From Vibrio diazotrophicus (GTDB taxonomy: Bacteria; Pseudomonadota; Gammaproteobacteria; Enterobacterales; Vibrionaceae): a stretch of 32,000 nucleotides of DNA. Shown here in pieces: positions 1-8,484 of this stretch (the first letter of the stretch is position 1; every line of letters starts with the position of its first letter). The notes under the pieces are model-generated. The model was not told the origin of the DNA, did no database searches, and worked only from the letters and a program-made list of their open reading frames with translations. The translations under genes and the position numbers were made by a program. The stretch spans positions 521,221 to 553,220 of the forward strand of contig NZ_CP151843.1 in NCBI RefSeq assembly GCF_038452265.1, read 5' to 3'.

Positions 1-169
1 GATATATCTGTTTGCGTATTTAGTATCACTGTGATCATAACAGCACAGTTCAAAGGCTACTTTGTGTTCTAAATCACACGTTACCGTTATATATTAGTGG
101 CCTAAGCTTGATTCTAGGCGCCTCAATCGGCATGATTTAATTAATTACAATCAGAGCGTTAATAATTCC

Positions 170-745
170 ATGAAAAAAATTTCAATAGTAGGCTTGTCAG
201 CAATTTTAGCTGCATGTTCATCAGGTTCATATACCACTGATGTCACTTCAGAAAGTCACCGCGAAGATTACAATGTCGCTACAGTTCAACAGCCTGTTGT
301 CTCTGATTCAGGCATGGCGACAGGTATTACAGAATCAAACGTAGCGCCTCAGGCCATTCAAACAGCTCCACAACCGGTGGAAAAGAAAGTGGTTAAGATG
401 AGTCCTAAAAACGCTATGGTTTCTATCACTCCACCTACGGCAAAACAAGTTGCGATGAATCCTCGCTACGGATACACAATTCAAGTTGTCGCTGTTGGCA
501 GCCAAAATAAAGTCGACCAATTTGCTAGCAAATTGCCAAAAGATGGTCAGCCAATTTGGGAAAACTACAAAGTAGTCAATGGTACTAAGTGGTACACGAT
601 TCTTTTTGGTGATTATGCAACGCGTCAAGAAGCAGTAAAGGCTATCTCTGAGCTGCCTGCAGACTTCCAATCTTTGAAGCCGTTTGCGAAAAGTATCGAC
701 TCTATCAAGAATTCAGAATTTCCAACGCTTAACAAGTTGAATTAA
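170..745 (+). CDS. SPOR-domain lipoprotein (peptidoglycan-binding family)
   Basis: 191-aa ORF. The N-terminus MKKISIVGLSAILAAC has a lipobox (LAAC). The C-terminal ~75 aa (YTIQVVAVGSQNKVDQFASKL...WYTILFGDYATRQEAVKAISELP) resembles a SPOR repeat. A terminator hairpin follows. Confidence 0.7.
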   Translation: MKKISIVGLSAILAACSSGSYTTDVTSESHREDYNVATVQQPVVSDSGMATGITESNVAPQAIQTAPQPVEKKVVKMSPKNAMVSITPPTAKQVAMNPRYGYTIQVVAVGSQNKVDQFASKLPKDGQPIWENYKVVNGTKWYTILFGDYATRQEAVKAISELPADFQSLKPFAKSIDSIKNSEFPTLNKLN

Positions 746-764
746 GCGTTGCTGATTAAATGTG

Positions 765-788
765 AAGGGGCATTTTTGCCCCTTTTGA
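765..788 (+). terminator. Rho-independent terminator after the SPOR gene
   Basis: AAGGGGCA-TTTT-TGCCCCTT hairpin followed by TTGACT, about 20 nt after the stop codon. Confidence 0.6.
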
Positions 789-895
789 CTGTTATCTAAG
801 CAGTTAATTCAAACAGTTGCTAATAACGGTGTAAGTTCCACTTGAATTTACTATGATAGACGAGCAATTTACTCAAAGATGTCACGGATATATCA

Positions 896-1900
896 ATGAC
901 AAAGACAACAATCCTTCTTTTATGCGGCGGCGGATCTTCAGAGCATGCTGTATCTCTTGTTTCTGCTAATTATCTGCAGCAGCAATTAGCATTAACTCCT
1001 GAATTCGAAGTCATTCGTGTCGAAATGAATCAAGATGGTTGGTTCGCAGAAAACAACGAGCTCGTTTATTTAGATACCAATACCGCGACACTAAATAGTG
1101 ACAGCTTCGTGAAGAAAGTGGATTTTGTCGTTCCATGTATTCATGGGTATCCGGGCGAGACGGGTGATATTCAGTCAATGCTAGAATTGGCAGGAATCCC
1201 TTATCTGGGTTGTGCTCCTGAAGCCAGCAGCAATAGCTTCAACAAAATCACTTCTAAGCTATGGTATGACGCATTAGGCATTCCAAATACGCCTTATTTA
1301 TTCTTAACTGAGAACACTCAAGAGTCCTATGATCTCGCAAAAAAAGCGTTCAATAAATGGGGTAAAGTGTTTATCAAAGCAGCCCGTCAGGGATCATCAG
1401 TCGGCTGTTACAAGGTCACAAAGACTGAAGATATAGCAGGCGCCGTAGATGCTGCATTTGGTTATTCGGAGCAGGTTCTAGTCGAAAAAGCTGTGAAACC
1501 TCGTGAGCTTGAAGTGGCGGCGTACGAGATTAATGGTGAATTGCACATTTCTCAACCAGGTGAAATCATTGCGCCAGAGGATGCTTTCTATACCTATGAA
1601 GAAAAATACAGTGTGGACAGCCACTCAACTACAGAAGTAGAAGCGAAAAATCTTACAGATGAACAGCGCCAAGTTATCCATCAAAGTGCTGTAAAAGTGT
1701 TTAAACATATGAAGTTAAGACACCTTTCACGCATCGATTTTTTCCTTACTTCAGAAGGGGATGTGTATTTAAATGAAGTCAATACATTCCCAGGAATGAC
1801 GCCAATTTCAATGTTTCCTAAAATGCTAGAGCACAACGGTCATAAGTTTTCCGACTTTTTGGCTCAGTGTGTAAAGAGTTCTCTTATTCCCAAGGCTTAA
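896..1900 (+). CDS. ddl: D-alanine--D-alanine ligase
   Basis: 334 aa. N-terminus ILLLCGGGSSEHAVSLVSA, ATP-grasp core (KAARQGSSVGCYKV, RIDFFL...YLNEVNTFPGMT) and length are typical of Ddl. Confidence 0.9.
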   Translation: MTKTTILLLCGGGSSEHAVSLVSANYLQQQLALTPEFEVIRVEMNQDGWFAENNELVYLDTNTATLNSDSFVKKVDFVVPCIHGYPGETGDIQSMLELAGIPYLGCAPEASSNSFNKITSKLWYDALGIPNTPYLFLTENTQESYDLAKKAFNKWGKVFIKAARQGSSVGCYKVTKTEDIAGAVDAAFGYSEQVLVEKAVKPRELEVAAYEINGELHISQPGEIIAPEDAFYTYEEKYSVDSHSTTEVEAKNLTDEQRQVIHQSAVKVFKHMKLRHLSRIDFFLTSEGDVYLNEVNTFPGMTPISMFPKMLEHNGHKFSDFLAQCVKSSLIPKA

Positions 1901-2843
1901 ATGAGAAAAATTTAAGCTTCTCTTGTTCAGCTGTGCCTTTATTACCTACATATTGGTATGGCATAGCTGGACTAAGCCATCTTCCAAACTCCTGAATTTC
2001 TTTGATTTTATAGCCTTGTTCAGACAATTCCTGAACAGCACCAACTCTCGCTGATTGGCCAGAGAATTTAAGTTCTGGTTTACCGAGTAAAGTACCAGCA
2101 TTTCTTAGAATTCGAAATATCGAAGAATCATTGAGAATATTGTTTGCAACGTTACCGTGTTTATCTATCGACCGAAAAACATAATTGCTATCACGAGTGA
2201 CTATTTTTAGCCATTTGTTCAAACAATTTGTTGCGTTTCGGGAGAGTTGGTAATGAGATTGTCCAAATGATAAAACCAAATATTCATTATTAGTTTCGAT
2301 CTGGCTGAACGTTAGGCTTTTCAGTTCGGAGCGCTTCAAGGCACATTCAAACATCACATGGTAAATCGCTAAATCTCTGATCTCTTTTACCGACTTAGAA
2401 GTTGAATAGCTTGAATATAACGCTTCTAAGTGAACACTGGTAAAACTCGTTGCTTGTTCTTCGTCTCCCTTTTTATTAAGCCGAAGAGCCATAAGTGATT
2501 GTCTTACCTGTGGATTATTTGTAGGGTCTTTTAGCGCCAACAAGCGATGAATTAGACCAATAGTGACACTGTAGCGTCTTATCGAGCTATATTTACGCAC
2601 TTTAGCTTCAGATTCGAGAAATAAGCGAGTAGCTGTGACTGAAGCGGGAAGTGCCATAACAGACTTACTTTGGCAGAAACTCACAAACAAATTCCAATCA
2701 TTCTTTAGCGCTAACAGAGAGTTATGTGCATAAGAATGTTGTGTTAGGTCATTCATTTGTTCTAGACTTACCGTCTTATTAAACTCGGTAAGCTTATGTT
2801 TTAGAATGTTTTGATCTGTGACGCAAGTTAGCTTTTTTTTCAT
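1884..2843 (-). CDS. Cre-like tyrosine recombinase (divergent catalytic set)
   Basis: 319 aa. The C-terminus SGQSARVGAVQELSEQGYKIKEIQEFGRWLSPAMPYQYV aligns with Cre GHSARVGAARDMARAGVSIPEIMQAGGWTNVNIVMNYI. Arg-I lies in ALKRSEL. Gln sits at the Cre His289 position, and Trp and Tyr keep the Cre spacing (W+9=Y). The 3' end overlaps the ddl 3' end by 17 nt. Confidence 0.7.
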   Translation of the reverse strand: MKKKLTCVTDQNILKHKLTEFNKTVSLEQMNDLTQHSYAHNSLLALKNDWNLFVSFCQSKSVMALPASVTATRLFLESEAKVRKYSSIRRYSVTIGLIHRLLALKDPTNNPQVRQSLMALRLNKKGDEEQATSFTSVHLEALYSSYSTSKSVKEIRDLAIYHVMFECALKRSELKSLTFSQIETNNEYLVLSFGQSHYQLSRNATNCLNKWLKIVTRDSNYVFRSIDKHGNVANNILNDSSIFRILRNAGTLLGKPELKFSGQSARVGAVQELSEQGYKIKEIQEFGRWLSPAMPYQYVGNKGTAEQEKLKFFSFKPWE

Positions 2844-2944
2844 CTTAAGGCACTATAACTTAAGCATTTGTTAAATAATATACTTGATAACCAGGCATAT
2901 ACAATTATTATTTAGTTAATACATCAATATGAGCAGATTAAAGT

Positions 2945-3319
2945 ATGGCTAATGCGAGTTATAGAGGTTTCACTCTTCAGACAGCTAAACAGTCCGCAGA
3001 TATATGGCAGGTTCGAATCAAGAACCATGTCCTGTCTGGTAACTTAGCCGCTGTAAAAAAAAGCATCGACTGGTGGTGTGATACTGCATCATTAATTGAC
3101 CCTAGTGAATTTGAGTCTGTAGGTAAAGCAAGAGAAGTCCAGGGCTCAAAAGAAGAGAACTTTAATGGGTTCACCTTAAAGAACGATACTGGGCAAGCTA
3201 ACGGTTGGTACTGCTTTTTTAATGGACGTTTAATTAAAGGCTCTAAATTGGCGTTACAAAAACATATTGAAGCACACTTATTGGCAAAACAAAGAGCAGC
3301 AGCTCAGCAGAGAAAGTAG
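2945..3319 (+). CDS. hypothetical protein (124 aa)
   Basis: Clean ORF. Its stop is 2 nt before the yciH-like ATG, so they are probably co-transcribed. I recognise no motif. Confidence 0.5.
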   Translation: MANASYRGFTLQTAKQSADIWQVRIKNHVLSGNLAAVKKSIDWWCDTASLIDPSEFESVGKAREVQGSKEENFNGFTLKNDTGQANGWYCFFNGRLIKGSKLALQKHIEAHLLAKQRAAAQQRK

Positions 3320-3320
3320 T

Positions 3321-3632
3321 ATGACTCTAGTATATTCGACCGAGACTGGTCGTATTAAGCAGGAACCTGAAAAAGTTGAACGACCTAAAGGAGATGGCAT
3401 TGTTCGAATTCACCGTGAAACAAAAGGCCGAAAAGGAAAAGGCGTAAGCATTGTTAAAGGGCTAGATCTAGATGATGCGCCACTAAAATTGTTGGCAGCA
3501 GAGCTTAAAAAAATATGTGGATGTGGCGGTTCAGTCAAAGATGGTGAAATTGAAATTCAGGGTGATATGCGCGATAAAATTAAAGCACACCTTGAGAAAA
3601 AAGGTATGAAAGTAAAACTTGCTGGTAGTTAA
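3321..3632 (+). CDS. yciH: SUI1/eIF1-family translation initiation factor-like protein YciH
   Basis: MTLVYSTETGRI...GDGIVRIHRETKGRKGKGVSIVKGL...LKKICGCGGSVKDGEIEIQGD is the YciH/SUI1 signature. I use the ATG at 3321, not the longer track ORF that starts at 3267 inside the upstream gene. Confidence 0.85.
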   Translation: MTLVYSTETGRIKQEPEKVERPKGDGIVRIHRETKGRKGKGVSIVKGLDLDDAPLKLLAAELKKICGCGGSVKDGEIEIQGDMRDKIKAHLEKKGMKVKLAGS

Positions 3633-3646
3633 TTTTTTGCCTCTTT

Positions 3647-3692
3647 AAATCTAGTAAAGAAAACTTCATGGTTAAAATTCTTTACTAGATTT
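3647..3692. terminator. 15-bp perfect inverted repeat between convergent genes (probably a bidirectional terminator)
   Basis: AAATCTAGTAAAGAA (3647-3661) pairs with TTCTTTACTAGATTT (3678-3692), with a 16-nt loop and T/A-rich flanks. Confidence 0.5.
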
Positions 3693-3821
3693 CAGTCAAT
3701 AGGTAAGTCATTTTAGCCTAATAATCTGGAGTCATCAAAAGTTATTGAGTTACTAAATTAGCAATATTCAATAACTTTCCATTTCTAAGAGAAGTAGCGG
3801 AATAGACCATATTCTTACTGC

Positions 3822-4445
3822 TTAAATTGTCGTCAATAAGCTTTTCCATTCGTTTAGGCGTCCGTAATACTGCTCATGTGGCAATTTGACAAGAGAACCT
3901 TCGTGTTCTGCAATCAGTGTTGGATATCCAGACACCGACAAAGTTTGCATTAATGAATGACAATGACTGATGTTATCTTCAAGTAATGTATGGCTAGAAT
4001 TCGCGACCATTAATTCAAGCCATACGGTAATATCAATATCGAACTGACTCATTATATTTTGTAGTTCTTCTAGCTTATAGACTTCCACTCCTTGAACATA
4101 ATGAGCGTGTTGAATCGCTTTTAGTGCTCTAAAGCTGCTTACACCAAGAGATTCCGCAATCAGAATAGCCTTGATAGGTAAGTATGAGTCAACAATAAAA
4201 TGTTCACTGTCCCTTAGGCGCGAAATGTAGCTTTCACCAAACTCAACACCAGTCAAAGCCGCAATTCTAGGGTCTGCATTCATGATGTGTTGCTTAAATT
4301 GTTCAGAAATACTTCTTTTTTCAATCATTCCACCTGGATGAAAAATTAATTTCATCGATGGATTTTCTTCTATTGCTTGAATTAAAGCTGTAGCTCCGTA
4401 ACACCAACCGCACATAGGGTCATAGAAATAGTGAATATTAGTCAT
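3822..4445 (-). CDS. DsbA-family thioredoxin-fold protein (CGWC active site)
   Basis: MTNIHYFYDPMCGWCYG carries an N-terminal CxxC motif. The start is taken at the ATG at 4445 (GGAAG about 9 nt upstream). The track ORF extends to 4472. Confidence 0.7.
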   Translation of the reverse strand: MTNIHYFYDPMCGWCYGATALIQAIEENPSMKLIFHPGGMIEKRSISEQFKQHIMNADPRIAALTGVEFGESYISRLRDSEHFIVDSYLPIKAILIAESLGVSSFRALKAIQHAHYVQGVEVYKLEELQNIMSQFDIDITVWLELMVANSSHTLLEDNISHCHSLMQTLSVSGYPTLIAEHEGSLVKLPHEQYYGRLNEWKSLLTTI

Positions 4446-4558
4446 ATTGTCGCTTCCAAATGATGTTTTCATTAATATGCTTACTAATATATTAAATTGA
4501 TAAGTTCAGAAAAATATCTAATTATAGACATCAGTGTTTCATAAAACGTACTAATCAC

Positions 4559-5452
4559 ATGGATAGATTAAAAGCCGCAAGAGTGTTCATTGATGTCGCA
4601 CAATCAGGTAGCTTTACTATGACAGCGGACAGACTGAGTATGTCACGACCCATGGTTACCCGTTATATAGAGTCGATGGAAGAGTGGCTAAACGTTCGGT
4701 TGCTACATCGCACAACGAGAAAGGTGACTTTAACGTCAGCAGGCAAAAACTGTTTAATGCAGGTGGAAAGCTGGCTTCTTGCCGGCGAAGAACTTGCAGA
4801 TATTACTCACTCTGGTTCATCAGATTCTCTAAAAGGCAGAATAAAAGTTTCAACCAGTATGTCTTTTGGATTTTCCCAGTTAGTACCAGCCACAAAGCTC
4901 TTTATGGACAATTATCCAGATATAGTTGTAGATATTAATGTCGAAGATACAGTCACTGATCTGGTTGAGCAGCAGATAGACTTAGCGATAAGAATCTCTT
5001 CAAATCCTGATCCTTCCTTGATTGGTAAACCAATTGGTGATTGCCAATCGGTTTTAGTCGCTTCACCAGAATATATCGCTGAGCATACGACAATTATTAA
5101 CCCAAGAGATTTGTTGAGTCACAAATGTCTTGGTTATAAACATTTCGAACAACATGTATGGCATTTAAGCTATGGTGAACAGCATGAGTCTATTGAAATT
5201 GAACCTTGCTTATCTGCAAATGAGGCTACAGTACTATTGCATGCTGCAAAGTGTGGGATGGGGGTGACACTTCAACCTACGTATCTAGTTTCTTCAGAGA
5301 TAGAATCGGGTTCACTGGTTCATGTTTTACCTGATTGGCAACCAAGCAAGCTCAAGATTTACGCTTTGTATTCATCGAGAAAATATTTATCTCAAGCTGT
5401 CAGGGCTTATATCGATTTTATCTCAGAGTACTTTTCAAAGCATCGATGGTAG
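4559..5452 (+). CDS. LysR-family transcriptional regulator
   Basis: 297 aa. It has an N-terminal winged HTH (FIDVAQSGSFTMTADRLSMSRPMVTRYIESMEEWLNVRLLHRTTRKVTLT) plus a LysR substrate-binding domain. It is divergent from the DsbA-like gene. Confidence 0.9.
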   Translation: MDRLKAARVFIDVAQSGSFTMTADRLSMSRPMVTRYIESMEEWLNVRLLHRTTRKVTLTSAGKNCLMQVESWLLAGEELADITHSGSSDSLKGRIKVSTSMSFGFSQLVPATKLFMDNYPDIVVDINVEDTVTDLVEQQIDLAIRISSNPDPSLIGKPIGDCQSVLVASPEYIAEHTTIINPRDLLSHKCLGYKHFEQHVWHLSYGEQHESIEIEPCLSANEATVLLHAAKCGMGVTLQPTYLVSSEIESGSLVHVLPDWQPSKLKIYALYSSRKYLSQAVRAYIDFISEYFSKHRW

Positions 5453-5536
5453 CGCAAACAATGAATGCCTAAAAGCCGGCATGAATTAAACCGATGCGTA
5501 TCAATGAAATCTCATCAGTTATAGAAAGGTTTACAT

Positions 5537-5583
5537 CCTAATAACTACATTTTTAATCACAGATGATAAATGTAGTTATTAGG
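5537..5583. terminator. 16-bp perfect inverted repeat (probably the LysR terminator)
   Basis: CCTAATAACTACATTT (5537-5552) pairs with AAATGTAGTTATTAGG (5568-5583), with a 15-nt loop followed by TATTTTAT. It lies about 85 nt after the LysR stop and about 95 bp from dif. Confidence 0.45.
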
Positions 5584-5676
5584 TATTTTATGGTAAATGC
5601 CAGTTATGTAAAATGCAGAGGGAACAGAGTAGTTATCGGTGCAATACAGGTACGCTATTCGATCCTAGAAAACCAC

Positions 5677-5704
5677 ATTTAACATAACATACATAATGCG
5701 CACT
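5677..5704 (-). other. dif: dif site (XerC/XerD chromosome dimer resolution site)
   Basis: ATTTAACATAACATACATAATGCGCACT is the reverse complement of AGTGCGCATTA-TGTATG-TTATGTTAAAT. As far as I recall this is 28/28 identical to V. cholerae dif1. It differs from E. coli dif at 3 positions by my count. Confidence 0.85.
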
Positions 5705-5729
5705 TAGGTATGAGCTATTTTAAAATGTC

Positions 5730-6041
5730 CTATGCGGATGTTTTCCTTAATCCAATGTCTAACGGCTTGTCTTCTAAGGCTTCCAGTATCATTCCAAAGC
5801 GCTTTAGCTCTAAGCCGCCAAAGTTATTCACGGCGTAACTTGAACTGTGTGGCGTGTAACTTCCTGCTGCGTATGGCTCTTGGTCTTTCTCAAGCGTCAG
5901 TTTCATTTCGACTGGGAACTTACCACCTAGATGCGCGTAAGCGATTTGTTCGTAGATGATTCGCCCTGGGCGATCTTCTTTGCTTGGTATGTTTCGAGTT
6001 TCAACGCGAACGTTTTCTGGGAAGATTTCGATTTTAAGCAT
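5730..6041 (-). CDS. Filamentous-phage gene V-type ssDNA-binding protein
   Basis: MLKIEIFPENVRVETR...IYEQIAYAHLGGKFPVEMKLTLEKDQEPYAAGSYTPHSSSYAVNNFGGLELKR aligns along its length with M13 gVp (MIKVEIKPSQ...NEQLCYVDLGNEYPVLVKITLDEGQPAYAPGLYTVHLSSFKVGQFGSLMIDR). Confidence 0.85.
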   Translation of the reverse strand: MLKIEIFPENVRVETRNIPSKEDRPGRIIYEQIAYAHLGGKFPVEMKLTLEKDQEPYAAGSYTPHSSSYAVNNFGGLELKRFGMILEALEDKPLDIGLRKTSA

Positions 6042-6133
6042 GTGTTATTCCTCGTGTCGTCATCGTTCTGCATGCGTGCCCGCGCGTCTGCGACACACAA
6101 TGCACACATTTCAGAACTTATGCTGATATTTCT

Positions 6134-7276
6134 CTATGCGATTGCTTTAAATGGTAAAACGTTAGATTTCTCTACAACCGGTAATTGATACCAGTCTGGT
6201 ATGCCCAACGCTTCAACTTCTATGACTTCTGAACGTCTGAGTGTTGGACAGATACGTGTCGCATCAAACGGTAAAGCTATATCGATACCGATGCTTTTTA
6301 GTCGTGGTCGATGCACATAATATTGGCTGTTTTTCTCGATTTTTTGTCCAAGTTGCCACATCAACGCAACGCTTTGAGTCGTATTGGCTGCCAGTCTGCT
6401 GTTTACGATTCCTTGTTCAAGTAGTTGATCTGATATCGATTTATGCGTGTCATGAGTTGCGGTCAGTGTATTCATAGTTTTCTCAAGATCTTTTATATGT
6501 TCGATGAAGTCTTCTAGCGTGGTTTTTCCGTAAAACTGTAAGTTATATCGTTTTAAATGCTTCTGGCTTAATTGGTGTTCTTCTCGAACGACACCATGCT
6601 GCTCGCAGTATGAGATGAGTTTTTCTACGTAGTTAAGCTGTTCTTCTGATACGCCGTCTTTTTTGCGTTTATCTTTTCGTAAGTGATTCTTTAGTTCGTG
6701 TGCTTTAGAGTAGATTTTCGATAGTTTCCAAGAACGTTTTCCCCAGTAGCAACTGGTAAAATCAGGATAAGGCGTTGGCATTCTACTACGACCGAGGGTT
6801 GTTGATGACATTGCCCGTATAAACGTAACTTCTCTGCCCTTGCCTACTTTATGGTTTCGAGTCCAGTCTATACGTGTAATTTCAGCACCATCCCCAATAA
6901 GACGTGGCTTTTTATCTTCTGGAGTTTGACCGAAGTAAACCTTTGTATTCGCAGTAAAAGGTGGAAGATTAAATTTAGCTAAGATGTGATTGTATATATC
7001 AATACATTCATCCAGTGACCGAAGACCAAAGAGATTATCCATACGTTGCCATCGTGACGGGTTACCTTCGATTCTAACGGTGAAGCCATCACAACGAACC
7101 TTCAATGTGGTACTAAATGAACCTTCGAGCCCTTTAGTTTTTACGAACGATGAAAGCCGTTCACCTGTTTCTGAATCGATTTCTTCCATGACACTTTTAC
7201 CCACGAGTGGCAAACCACCCTCAGGATAAAATTGTTGGACTGTTAACCAGTCGATGAAGAAATTTAGCACTCTCAA
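6134..7276 (-). CDS. Rolling-circle replication initiator (gII/RstA-like, Rep_trans type)
   Basis: 380 aa. It has the N-terminal FIDWLTV motif and sits immediately upstream of gV and divergent from a repressor gene, like rstA. The start codon is uncertain (TTG at 7276 or GTG at 7270). Confidence 0.8.
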   Translation of the reverse strand: MRVLNFFIDWLTVQQFYPEGGLPLVGKSVMEEIDSETGERLSSFVKTKGLEGSFSTTLKVRCDGFTVRIEGNPSRWQRMDNLFGLRSLDECIDIYNHILAKFNLPPFTANTKVYFGQTPEDKKPRLIGDGAEITRIDWTRNHKVGKGREVTFIRAMSSTTLGRSRMPTPYPDFTSCYWGKRSWKLSKIYSKAHELKNHLRKDKRKKDGVSEEQLNYVEKLISYCEQHGVVREEHQLSQKHLKRYNLQFYGKTTLEDFIEHIKDLEKTMNTLTATHDTHKSISDQLLEQGIVNSRLAANTTQSVALMWQLGQKIEKNSQYYVHRPRLKSIGIDIALPFDATRICPTLRRSEVIEVEALGIPDWYQLPVVEKSNVLPFKAIA

Positions 7277-7379
7277 AAACCTGTCAAGTATATAAATATA
7301 TATCTGGATGAATACTTTTATTTACCCTAACATAAGAGTGTAGAAATGTGTATGTATAATTAAATTAAGGTTTACTTTT
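7277..7379. promoter_or_regulatory. Divergent promoter/operator region between Rep and the XRE repressor
   Basis: 103-bp AT-rich spacer between divergent genes. TATAAT at 7355-7360 lies upstream of the XRE gene, and AAGG is 9 nt before its ATG. The layout is analogous to the rstR-rstA intergenic region. Confidence 0.5.
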
Positions 7380-7787
7380 ATGGTTAATATGATGATTAAA
7401 GATGTACTTAAAACGGCTAGAAATGAACTTAATCTAAGTCAGGAAGAAGTTGCAGAAGCGATAGGAATTACCAAGCAAACATACTTGAAATGGGAAAATG
7501 GAACGACTGAACCAAAAGCTACTCAAGTTGTTCAGTTAAGTAACGTTCTAAAGATTACACCTAATGAAATTTGCTCTGGCATTCGCAATAAGAGAATGAA
7601 TTTGGAAGAGTTCATTTTAAACACAGCTATGGCTAAAGTTCCAAGCGAAGTAATTACCATGTACTCATGGAAAATGCTCCCTGATCATGTGGAGTTTTTC
7701 AGTAAAATTAATGGGTTAACTGAAGAAGAGTACTACTCAAGCTATGGTGAAGTTGGTTCAATAGAAGCTAAATTTAAGGGCGCGTGA
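7380..7787 (+). CDS. XRE-family HTH repressor (RstR-like position)
   Basis: LKTARNELNLSQEEVAEAIGITKQTYLKWENGTTEPKATQVVQLSNVLKITPNEI is a classic Cro/CI HTH. The gene is divergent from Rep. Confidence 0.8.
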   Translation: MVNMMIKDVLKTARNELNLSQEEVAEAIGITKQTYLKWENGTTEPKATQVVQLSNVLKITPNEICSGIRNKRMNLEEFILNTAMAKVPSEVITMYSWKMLPDHVEFFSKINGLTEEEYYSSYGEVGSIEAKFKGA

Positions 7788-7898
7788 TTCCGGAAGTCCG
7801 GAGTTAGTTCGGGTATAACAGGAACCCGAACCGCTTCGCGCCTTCTTCCTCCTCCTCAGTCGTCGTCGTCGTCATCCTGCGCTCAGGTTTACAGGCAC

Positions 7899-7922
7899 AA
7901 AAAACGGCAGTGAAAACTGCCG
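7899..7922 (-). terminator. Rho-independent terminator of the 83-aa gene
   Basis: On the minus strand: CGGCAG-TTTTCA-CTGCCG followed by TTTTTTG. Confidence 0.6.
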
Positions 7923-8014
7923 CGCGATTGACGTCTACGTAAAGTCGAATTATGAGAGCGCTTGGCTACTCATTTTCTCTCTACACGCGAGCGTATAGCA
8001 GAGAAAATCGAGCT

Positions 8015-8263
8015 TCATAAAAGATTAGTATCAGCACATATAAATATAGTGCCTTCCTTCTCATTTTTTTGAATAGTTAGAGTAGATTTCCCTTCACAGA
8101 ATTGCTCCAAGCGAGGTTTGGCAATTTCTAGTTCGCTTAAAAATTCTTCCCAAGATTGATCATCCTTTTTATCAAAAATAGTTGGGGGAAAGGCTCCAAG
8201 TTGCACACGCTTACTATAAAGATTCTCTATTGCTTTTAAAAAACAATTATCCTGATAAGTCAT
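8015..8263 (-). CDS. hypothetical small acidic protein (82 aa; occupies the rstC-like slot)
   Basis: ATG at 8263 is preceded by AAGGA. No motif recognised. Terminator downstream. Confidence 0.55.
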   Translation of the reverse strand: MTYQDNCFLKAIENLYSKRVQLGAFPPTIFDKKDDQSWEEFLSELEIAKPRLEQFCEGKSTLTIQKNEKEGTIFICADTNLL

Positions 8264-8326
8264 CAATTTATCCTTAAGTTATGTCCTTAACCCAATATAG
8301 CAGTTTTTTTTAGAACAGAGTGCTTA

Positions 8327-8354
8327 AGTACGCATTATGCAATTTATATTACGG
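8327..8354 (+). other. Internal inverted dif-like site (attP partner arm)
   Basis: AGTACGCATTA-TGCAAT-TTATATTACGG. The XerC arm matches 10/11 and the XerD arm 7/11. It is in opposite orientation to the junction site 130 nt away. Confidence 0.6.
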
Positions 8355-8484
8355 GCTTTCATGGCAAAGAGATTCTCTCTCCTAGCATCTACGCAGCTTA
8401 GGCTGCGAGAATGAGCAAGTCTTTCGCCCACTCTTTGCTGCTTCAAGGTCGCCAGTGCTTACGCAATGGTACTGACGACAAACC

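Noticed and set aside
335-670. 111-aa minus-strand ORF inside the SPOR gene. Similar antisense or shadow ORFs occur on the track at 2977-3174, 4684-4938, 26091-26282, 27910-28146, 28210-28781, 30107-30307, 31184-31369 and 31703-31888.
   Set aside because: Each lies wholly inside a longer ORF with clear family signatures on the other strand or in another frame. Their translations are low-complexity or Cys/Arg-rich, with no motifs.
3267-3320. Extended start of the yciH ORF on the track (121 aa).
   Set aside because: The extension overlaps the upstream 124-aa gene. YciH homology begins at the ATG at 3321.
5537-5583. 16-bp perfect inverted repeat next to dif, considered as a MITE or transposon end, or as part of a Xer site.
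   Set aside because: It is a single hairpin with a T-rich tail downstream of the LysR gene. It has no similarity to Xer arms and no second copy in the window, so a terminator is the simplest reading.
5732-6188. Plus-strand ORFs (75 and 85 aa) and a 60-aa minus-strand ORF overlapping gV and the Rep 3' end. Others lie at 6241-6477 and 6990-7229. All are repeated in copy 2.
   Set aside because: They are shadows of the gV and Rep genes. The gV assignment is supported by a full-length alignment to M13 gVp.
7804-7875. 23-codon minus-strand ORF MTTTTTEEEEEGAKRFGFLLYPN spanning the triplet repeats.
   Set aside because: There is no usable Shine-Dalgarno spacing (AGG abuts the ATG). The poly-Thr/poly-Glu runs simply reflect the triplet repeats. 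I treat it as part of the structured non-coding block unless ribosome profiling says otherwise.
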